DNA from: Candidatus Harrisonbacteria bacterium
GTDB taxonomy: Bacteria; Patescibacteriota; Minisyncoccia; UBA6257; 02-FULL-45-10c
Assembly: GCA_016214655.1 (NCBI GenBank)
Contig: JACROC010000005.1
Location: forward strand, 67,078 to 131,077
Direction of reading: 5' to 3'
DNA length: 64,000 nucleotides
This document shows, piece after piece, positions 57,466 through 64,000 of the stretch (positions are counted from its first letter, which is position 1; each line of letters opens with the position of its first letter). A program made the position numbers and the translations under genes. A model generated the notes under the pieces. The model was not told the origin of the DNA. It worked only from the letters and a program-made list of their open reading frames with translations, and ran no database searches.

Positions 57466-58140
57466 ATGACCGAAAAACAAAAGCAGGCGAAAGAACAACT
57501 ACTACAATCATTGAAGCCGAAATTGCGCAATGAAAAATTTCTTTTGGTAAGTTACAACGCCGTTGAGGGCTTCGAAAGCGGCATCCACGGTAATGGCAGA
57601 TTAATAATTTTTGCAAACGATATCGGAAGAGGCTTCCTTACTAGAGAAGACGGCACCCTGGATCGGGAATTGCAAGAAAGGTGCAATCAGGCATTTGCTG
57701 CAGTAGAAAAAGAATTGAATGATACAAGCCCTGAAAATTTTACTGTTAATAAATTGGAAGGGGCCTTGCGTTCCGCTCAAGCGAAAAATCCTGAATTGCC
57801 GATTATAAATGGAAGCAATAAAGGTATGGAAGATGCACGTGCGAAAAAAGTGATGCAAAATTTAAGCGGCAAAGCAAAAGAGATTGTGTTATTGCGAAAC
57901 ATCAAATTCGTAATAATTTATGCGGGATTGCACGCTTTTAAATCAGCTATAGAATTAGCCAAAAGCGTAAAAAAGCAAAACAAAAATACCCGGATTCTGG
58001 TGGTATCTTGCCCCTGTGATTGGCACGATAAAGAACAGCTATTAGAAGGCACCAGTATTAACATAATGGGATGCGAATGCGGCGGGAGGTTAACGATGGG
58101 AATGATTGCAAAAGATATTGAAAAATTGATTTCTGAATAA
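57466..58140 (+). CDS. hypothetical protein
   Basis: 224 aa. C-terminal CPCDWH...GCECGG Cys cluster. Confidence 0.4.
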   Translation: MTEKQKQAKEQLLQSLKPKLRNEKFLLVSYNAVEGFESGIHGNGRLIIFANDIGRGFLTREDGTLDRELQERCNQAFAAVEKELNDTSPENFTVNKLEGALRSAQAKNPELPIINGSNKGMEDARAKKVMQNLSGKAKEIVLLRNIKFVIIYAGLHAFKSAIELAKSVKKQNKNTRILVVSCPCDWHDKEQLLEGTSINIMGCECGGRLTMGMIAKDIEKLISE

Positions 58141-58144
58141 CCAT

Positions 58145-58729
58145 ATGGAAGAAAAACAAAAAGTTGTCTTTCTTAAGGGCAAGAAGGTAATTCTGCGGCC
58201 ACTAAATAAAGAAACTGATTTAGAACACATCACACGATGGATTAATGATCATGAGGTCACCCAATATCTAACCATATATCTTCCCACAACTAGGAAAAAC
58301 GAGGAAGGATGGCTCGATTCATTGAATAAGGATAAAGAGAATATTGTTTTAGCCATTGAAACCCTGGACGGCAAATTTATCGGGACGATGGGAATCCATC
58401 AAATTAACTGGAAAGATAGAACCGCTACCACCGGAGCATTAATCGGTGAAAAAGAATATTGGGGCAAGGGTTATGGTACAGATGCAAAAATGCTCCTCCT
58501 TGAATATGCTTTTCACACGCTGAATCTTCGAAAAATCTGCTCGGTAGTCTTTTCCTTCAACAAAAGGAGCTTGCGGTACAGTCTGCATTGCGGCTACAAG
58601 ATTGAAGGCACGAAAAGAAAACAAATGTTCCGAAAAGGCAGATATTGGGATGAGATTATACTAGGACTTTTCAAAGAAGAATGGCTGCCAATCTGGAGGC
58701 GATACAGAAAAACTGGTAGAATACGATAG
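58145..58729 (+). CDS. GNAT family N-acetyltransferase (RimJ/RimL-like)
   Basis: WGKGYGTDAKMLLLEYAFHTLNLRKI acetyl-CoA-binding region. Confidence 0.7.
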   Translation: MEEKQKVVFLKGKKVILRPLNKETDLEHITRWINDHEVTQYLTIYLPTTRKNEEGWLDSLNKDKENIVLAIETLDGKFIGTMGIHQINWKDRTATTGALIGEKEYWGKGYGTDAKMLLLEYAFHTLNLRKICSVVFSFNKRSLRYSLHCGYKIEGTKRKQMFRKGRYWDEIILGLFKEEWLPIWRRYRKTGRIR

Positions 58730-58770
58730 AAATAGTTATAAGCTGGTACTTAAGGTACCAGTTTTTTATT

Positions 58771-60423
58771 ATGAATAAAAAAGATATATTATTTTATATT
58801 TTAGTAACCGCGGCACTTCTCCGGTTGGTTAATCTTTCAGTCGGCGATACGATAAGCGATGAGGTATTCATGTCGTTCCGGGGCATCGGAATGATTGATT
58901 TTGACGAAGCCGCACAGCAAATCACGCCATGGGAATGGCAGGATCCGGATATTAAGTGGTGGGCTAAATTATCTTTCCATGACCATCCCCTGCTGGTTCC
59001 ATATATACAGCACATTTCTATGGCTATGTTCGGCGAAAATAATTTTGCCTTCCGGCTGCCATCGGCAATCTTAGGGACGGCCTCGGTATATCTTTTATAT
59101 CTCATCGGCACACTTCTTTATTCTGAAAATGCTAGCCTACTATCCGCCGCATTCCTAGGATTAACTCTCAACCACGTATATATCAGCCGGACTGGCATGC
59201 AAGAGGCATATGTCATATTCTTTATACTGCTAGGATTTTATATTTTCTTAAAATCATTGCGTAATGAAAAATATTTACCTTGGGTTGGCGCGGTCATAGG
59301 GCTGGCGGCGGAAACAAAATATACTTCACTGATTTTAGTGCCGATTTTTCTAACTTATCTCCTAATATTTAAACGGAATTATTTCAAAAATAAATATTTA
59401 TGGTATGGGATTCTGCTTTTCTTTTTGATTTTCAGCCCAACAATTATTTATAACACAATGCTTTACCGGGAAACTGGACATTTTGATTTTCAATTTTCCC
59501 ATATCTTCGGACAGCGGCCGGAAGTCTGGAAAGTAGCTCCCGGAAAAGAAATCGGGACGCTGGGAGACAGAATCCGAAATTTCATCCCGCGGATGATTGC
59601 CAGTAATTCTTGGTTATTCCTATCAACAACTGCGTTTTCACTTATCGCTTTTCTCTGGTTATTATTTAAAAATCCGCGGGAAACCTTAAACAAAAATTCC
59701 TTTTTGCTTATTGTTTTTTCCTTTTTGCTGTTACTGCTATTACTGATCGGTCCGTCATACAGATTCCTGACCATGCTAACGCCATTTTTAACTTTAGCAA
59801 TCGGTCTAATGCTGATAAAAATTTGGGACTTGCATTATTTCGGAAATAAATTCGCATTATTAATAATTGCTTTGATTTTTCTTTTTGAAATCTTCTATTC
59901 AATCAATAATCAAATCCTCGCCTACCCCATAGGACCAGAACCATGGCTCGCTTCAAAAGTCCGTTACGAAAATTATAACTGGGGCTATAATGAGCTGGGT
60001 GAATTCCTGGAAAAAGAATTAAGCGGGAAAATGCCGGCGCTTTCGTTCGATCTCCAATACAAATTTTTGGAAGACCTGCGGGATCAAGCTTTAGAAAAAG
60101 GACAACGGGGTGGCCTGGAACCCTACCCGGCATTATTTGTTTACAGCGGAAATTTTGATATGGCCGCCAAACTTTGGATACTGGACCGCCTCCAGATTTA
60201 TCACGCCTGGCCAATTATCAGTTTAAAAACCTATTATGACTACTTGCAAGAGCGCGGTTTTGATTATTATGATAGAGCCGGCTTTAAAAATTACTATTTT
60301 ATTTTACAGACAAATACGGTACCATCGGAAGCAGACCAGGCGCTGATGCGAGGCGTGCCTATCAGTATTTATAACAAGCGTGGCGAAGAGATATTCAAAA
60401 TTTATAAATATACTAACTTATAA
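58771..60423 (+). CDS. glycosyltransferase family 39/83-like membrane protein (ArnT/PMT-type)
   Basis: About 12 TM helices, an N-terminal DE-containing loop (ISDEVFMSFRG) and a large C-terminal periplasmic domain. Confidence 0.6.
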   Translation: MNKKDILFYILVTAALLRLVNLSVGDTISDEVFMSFRGIGMIDFDEAAQQITPWEWQDPDIKWWAKLSFHDHPLLVPYIQHISMAMFGENNFAFRLPSAILGTASVYLLYLIGTLLYSENASLLSAAFLGLTLNHVYISRTGMQEAYVIFFILLGFYIFLKSLRNEKYLPWVGAVIGLAAETKYTSLILVPIFLTYLLIFKRNYFKNKYLWYGILLFFLIFSPTIIYNTMLYRETGHFDFQFSHIFGQRPEVWKVAPGKEIGTLGDRIRNFIPRMIASNSWLFLSTTAFSLIAFLWLLFKNPRETLNKNSFLLIVFSFLLLLLLLIGPSYRFLTMLTPFLTLAIGLMLIKIWDLHYFGNKFALLIIALIFLFEIFYSINNQILAYPIGPEPWLASKVRYENYNWGYNELGEFLEKELSGKMPALSFDLQYKFLEDLRDQALEKGQRGGLEPYPALFVYSGNFDMAAKLWILDRLQIYHAWPIISLKTYYDYLQERGFDYYDRAGFKNYYFILQTNTVPSEADQALMRGVPISIYNKRGEEIFKIYKYTNL

Positions 60424-60447
60424 TAAATAACTGCTGGGTTCCATTGA

Positions 60448-60590
60448 GAGATCTGCCTGTCTGTCGTGCGGCAATTACGGAGCCCTGAAATGCTTGGATT
60501 TTTGCGAAGCAAAAAATTTCAGGGCGAGGCATAGGCGGCACCGACCGCAGGAGTCGGTGAACGCCGGTGCCGGTAGGCAGATAGGCTGAG
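60448..60590 (+). ncRNA. GC-rich structured RNA, paralog B, immediately 5' of tgt
   Basis: CCTGTCTGTCGTGCGGCAATTACGGAGCC ... CCGGTGCCGGTAGGCAGATAGG. Closing helix CCTGTCTG/CAGATAGG. Internal hairpins GCCCTGAAAT..ATTTCAGGGC and CACCGAC..GTCGGTG. Confidence 0.45.
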
Positions 60591-60609
60591 CTCTTATAGA
60601 ATAGCTAAA

Positions 60610-61758
60610 ATGATTAAATTTAAAATTCTAAAAAAATCCAATAAGAGCCGGGCGAGACTGGGGTTGCTGGAAACGCCGCATGGAGTAGTGGAAACACCGT
60701 CGCTGGTGCCGGTAGCAACACAGGCAGTAGTTAAAACACTGACAAGTGAAGAGGTTCTGCAAACTAAAACCCAGATTTTAATTTCCAATACTTTTCATCT
60801 CCATTTAAAACCGGGGGAGAAAATTGTAGAATCCGCCGGCGGGATCCATAAATTTATGAACTGGCTAAAATCGCTGATGACCGACTCCGGCGGTTTTCAG
60901 GTATTTAGCTTAGGATTCGGACACGACCTTCAAGTCGGAAAAGTTTTAAAATATTTTCCAGGGCAAGAACGGAGGGAAATTCTGGATAAAAGCGCCCAAC
61001 CGAAACAAGTTAAAATCACCAATGATGGCGTACATTTCCGGTCACCCTTAGACGGCAAAGAATTATTTATTGGCCCCAAGGAATCCATGAAAATCCAGCA
61101 GGCGCTGGGAGCGGATATTATTTTTGCTTTTGACGAATGCACCTCTCCCCTTTCTACCTACGAATACGTGAAAGAATCTTTAAAAAAAACACATGCCTGG
61201 GCAAAAATTTGTACTAAAGAAGTAAAATCCGGCCAAGCTCTATTCGGTATTATTCAAGGATCAAGATTTAAAGATCTGCGGCACGAAAGCTCTACTCTTA
61301 TAAATTCGCTTGGTTTCCCCGGCTACGGCATCGGCGGAGACTTGGGGACCAGCAAAGAAGACATGAAAAAGATTTTGGAGTGGACCATTCCCTACCTCGA
61401 CGAAAATAAACCCCGACACCTGCTTGGCATCGGCTACCTGGAAGATATGGAAAATATTATAAAAAACGGCATTGATACCTTTGATTGCACCGTACCAACG
61501 CATTACGGCCGCCGAGGAATTGCTTTCACCAGCGAAGGGAAATTAGACCTGCGCAAGACAAAATTTCTAAAAGATAAAAGCCCGCTTGATAAAAAATGCA
61601 AATGCAAAGTTTGCCAAACTTACACGCGGCAGTATATTTGCCACCTTCTTAAGGCAAATGAAATAACCCCGCTTAGTTTATTAACCTTTCACAATATTTA
61701 TTTCTTCAACACTTTTGTAGAAAAGATTAGGGAGAAAATAAAACAAGGGAAGCTTTAG
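60610..61758 (+). CDS. tgt: queuine tRNA-ribosyltransferase
   Basis: Full-length TGT with catalytic Asp regions and a zinc site CKCKVCQTYTRQYICHL. Confidence 0.9.
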   Translation: MIKFKILKKSNKSRARLGLLETPHGVVETPSLVPVATQAVVKTLTSEEVLQTKTQILISNTFHLHLKPGEKIVESAGGIHKFMNWLKSLMTDSGGFQVFSLGFGHDLQVGKVLKYFPGQERREILDKSAQPKQVKITNDGVHFRSPLDGKELFIGPKESMKIQQALGADIIFAFDECTSPLSTYEYVKESLKKTHAWAKICTKEVKSGQALFGIIQGSRFKDLRHESSTLINSLGFPGYGIGGDLGTSKEDMKKILEWTIPYLDENKPRHLLGIGYLEDMENIIKNGIDTFDCTVPTHYGRRGIAFTSEGKLDLRKTKFLKDKSPLDKKCKCKVCQTYTRQYICHLLKANEITPLSLLTFHNIYFFNTFVEKIREKIKQGKL

Positions 61759-61818
61759 GTTGTCAAACTAAAAATTTTCTACTATAATCTCTGCAGCAAC
61801 TTAACTCCATATAAAGGG

Positions 61819-62787
61819 TTGAAAATGTTAAATAATAACCCCGTAAGAACAACGACTTTAAATGTCGTGGAAACTGCCAGGCAGGTTAAAATTAACCGCG
61901 AGGCAATTGAAAAGCTAGCCGCAGAATGGAATAAGACCGGCCTGCCTATCACTTGCTGGAACAGCAGAATGCATTTAGAAACAGATGACGAAACGAAAAT
62001 GCTGGATTATTTGATTATTTTAGACAGTTTAAATTTCTGCTTCTGGCATCCGAGAAAAGAACGCTGGAGCATCGTCTATAACCACGAAAAATATAGTGGA
62101 TACTTTGCCCTTTCGCTGGCTTTAAAAAATTACTTTGAAAGGCATCCCAGCAAAGCTAACCTAAGAAATTTCGCCGATATTTCATTTGAAGATTTTATTT
62201 ATCTGCTCCAAGGCGGAAATCATCTGCTCTTCCTGGATAAACGCTGGGAAATTATAAAAGCCGTAAGCCAATATCTGGTTAAGCGCGGAGGTTCCAAGGC
62301 ATTTATTCTTTCCGCCGATCAGAAATTATCCATCCTGATTCCTAAAATTGCAGAGTCTCTCTCTTCTTTCGATGACACGGCTGATTATAACGGAAAAAAA
62401 GTTTATATTTGGAAAAGAGCGCAAATTCTTGCCGTCGACATTTATGGCGCGCTATGCGGGCGCGGAGCAGGATATTTTACCGATCTAGATTACCCGACGG
62501 CTTTCGCTGATTATAAACTCCCGCAAATCCTGGTACACTACGGAATTCTGGAATATTCGCCTGAGCTTAAAAAGAAAATAGAAGATGGTGATCATATTCC
62601 GCCTGGATCCGCAGAAGAAGTGGAAATACGCAGCGCCACTGTCTGGGCGGTTGAATGGCTGAAAAACGAGCTAAAAAAATACGGCGGCCTATATGAATCG
62701 TTTCTGCTGGACTGGGTTCTTTGGGAACAATCACAGAAGGAAAAGATGCAGTTCCCCCATCACCGGACGCAAACAATTTTTTACTAA
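61819..62787 (+). CDS. DUF2419-like protein (putative queuosine-salvage Qng1 family)
   Basis: LDSLNFCFW segment and adjacency to tgt. Family recall from memory, so moderate confidence. Confidence 0.45.
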   Translation: MKMLNNNPVRTTTLNVVETARQVKINREAIEKLAAEWNKTGLPITCWNSRMHLETDDETKMLDYLIILDSLNFCFWHPRKERWSIVYNHEKYSGYFALSLALKNYFERHPSKANLRNFADISFEDFIYLLQGGNHLLFLDKRWEIIKAVSQYLVKRGGSKAFILSADQKLSILIPKIAESLSSFDDTADYNGKKVYIWKRAQILAVDIYGALCGRGAGYFTDLDYPTAFADYKLPQILVHYGILEYSPELKKKIEDGDHIPPGSAEEVEIRSATVWAVEWLKNELKKYGGLYESFLLDWVLWEQSQKEKMQFPHHRTQTIFY

Positions 62788-62801
62788 ATTAAAATGGCAC
62801 C

Positions 62802-63221
62802 TTAACTGGTGCCTTTTAAATTCATCCCGATGGCAAAATTGAAAACTCTAACTTGCTCTACGCGATCAGGCGCAACCCGGAGTTCAACGGAAACACCGCA
62901 AAATTTCCCATCCAATGATAAACCCTGAAAAGCTATGGATTCATTTTCCATTCCGCCAAGCCATTGTCCGGCTTTTTTAATCTGGGCGTAAACCGGCTTA
63001 AACTCCTTAACATTCCCAACCCACATCCGCGCCAATAACTGATTGCCAAAAACATAAATCTCTAATGCCCTTTCCAATGGATTATTAATTTTCTGATAAA
63101 CTTTCTTTACTCCGACTACCCTTTCTGTACCATCATCAAGCTCAAGTTTGAAATCCTCAGTTTCAACCAAACACCACTCCCAGCTATCTTTGACTCTGGG
63201 AAATTTCATCCACTCCTCCAA
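62802..63221 (-). CDS. hypothetical protein
   Basis: 139 aa, no motif recognised. Confidence 0.4.
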   Translation of the reverse strand: MEEWMKFPRVKDSWEWCLVETEDFKLELDDGTERVVGVKKVYQKINNPLERALEIYVFGNQLLARMWVGNVKEFKPVYAQIKKAGQWLGGMENESIAFQGLSLDGKFCGVSVELRVAPDRVEQVRVFNFAIGMNLKGTS

Positions 63222-63246
63222 TCCAAGAAACTGGTAATATTCTAAC

Positions 63247-63963
63247 CTATTGTCCCGATAAATTAAAGGGCGGCAGATAATTGCCTAATAATTTTCGCTT
63301 CCACCAATCGCCGGTTTTTTGCTTCTCTTCAAAATTAGTAAACTGATAATCATAAAGCTGGGCGCGGACATAGCGCGGCGGCCGGTCTGGAAAAGGATTT
63401 TTTCCAAGCAAAGCAAGAACCGGCTCTGATCCCTCCAATATTTTTTTCGCAAAATTAACGAACCAAAGATTCTGCCGGAAAGTTCCCAGCGCCGCAAACC
63501 ACATTTGCCAATCCAGTCGCGGCTGATAAGGAGCCGCCCATTGCGGCGCCCGCTTTAAATTCCCCGGCTTATATTTAAATTCATACTCTTTCCAATTCTG
63601 GCCGTCATTGCTTCCTTCCAAAATAATTTCTGGCCGGCTAGTAGTCATAGTTGCAAATAGGCCGTAAGTATTAACAACACGAAATGGCGCAATGATTTCC
63701 TGCAACTTAACCACCGGCTTAATTTCGGTTCCAAAAACTACCGCCAGTAATTGCGAACTGTTAATAACAACTATCACGGCCGAAATAACACCAATTGCCA
63801 ATTTGCCGTAATAAGATCCCCGTTTTATGGAAAACGACTTTTTAAAAAATCTAATAATGGCCTTGGGCGTCCAGCGCAGTAAAATTGAATCTTCCAATAA
63901 AAAGATACAAAGCAGGGTAGTTAACAGATTGAAAAAGTTATAATTGCCAGTGAGTAAAATCAA
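63247..63963 (-). CDS. lipase-maturation-factor-like membrane protein (possibly N-terminally incomplete in the window)
   Basis: TM helices followed by a W-rich soluble domain (WQMWFAALG) resembling the LMF family. The upstream window edge may truncate the true start. Confidence 0.4.
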   Translation of the reverse strand: MILLTGNYNFFNLLTTLLCIFLLEDSILLRWTPKAIIRFFKKSFSIKRGSYYGKLAIGVISAVIVVINSSQLLAVVFGTEIKPVVKLQEIIAPFRVVNTYGLFATMTTSRPEIILEGSNDGQNWKEYEFKYKPGNLKRAPQWAAPYQPRLDWQMWFAALGTFRQNLWFVNFAKKILEGSEPVLALLGKNPFPDRPPRYVRAQLYDYQFTNFEEKQKTGDWWKRKLLGNYLPPFNLSGQ

Positions 63964-64000
63964 AGCTTCTAAAGTGACAATTGATCCGGCCGCAAAAAAT

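Noticed and set aside
60560-60609. preQ1-I riboswitch directly upstream of tgt
   Set aside because: Only a loose resemblance (AUAGCUAAAA tail). The conserved preQ1-I loop (GGUUC...UAGCUACACC) and A-rich tail geometry are not reproduced.
1-64000. CRISPR arrays, rRNA genes, transposases and integrases
   Set aside because: I found no regularly spaced direct repeats, no rRNA-like conserved segments and no recombinase-like ORFs on either strand.

Overview
This 64-kb window is low-GC (about 40%), gene-dense and bacterial. Short intergenic spacers, many small membrane proteins, GTG starts and -10 boxes abutting start codons are consistent with a Candidate Phyla Radiation / Patescibacteria-like genome; this is inference from the sequence alone. 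Most genes are on the minus strand from 0 to 47.8 kb and 50 to 56.7 kb, with plus-strand blocks at 48 to 49.8 kb and 57 to 62.8 kb.

Recognisable housekeeping genes:
- groES-groEL with an upstream CIRCE operator
- a thyA-folA operon next to a dCMP deaminase
- htpX, lemA, rmuC, rarA, lexA, cspA, trxA, msrB, tgt, and tsaC/yrdC
- one tRNA-Ser(GGA)
- an ABC sulfonate-type importer pair and an MsbA-like exporter
- a sensor histidine kinase, and a CHASE2 class-III nucleotide cyclase operon with a FecR-domain protein
- a Fic protein, Tag glycosylase, M23 peptidase, PP2C phosphatase, and a TspO-like protein

No rRNA, CRISPR array, transposase or integrase was seen.

The most interesting material is non-coding or accessory:
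1. Two paralogous GC-rich structured RNAs of about 150 to 180 nt (43925-44104 and 60448-60590). They share conserved 5' and 3' cores and a compensatory closing helix, and bracket a 16-kb gene block.
2. A second repeated structured element with covariation, placed 5' (minus orientation) of an M23 peptidase gene and of a Zn-ribbon gene, next to a 660-bp non-coding gap holding a tiny SD- and terminator-equipped MSWG-repeat peptide ORF.
3. A promoter-plus-terminator-defined ncRNA of about 220 nt (15129-15346).
4. A 4.5-kb nuclease / toxin-antitoxin / decayed restriction-modification-like island (39.2-43.7 kb) next to lexA. It carries a 4-copy CTCCCGCGGAAGGGAAATTT motif, duplicated palindromic operator-plus-leaderless-promoter cassettes and further CCGCGG-centred palindromes.
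5. A minimal caspase-like protein embedded in the thymidylate gene cluster.
6. A roughly 210-nt leader with mutually exclusive terminator and inverted-repeat structures ahead of a sixA-like operon.
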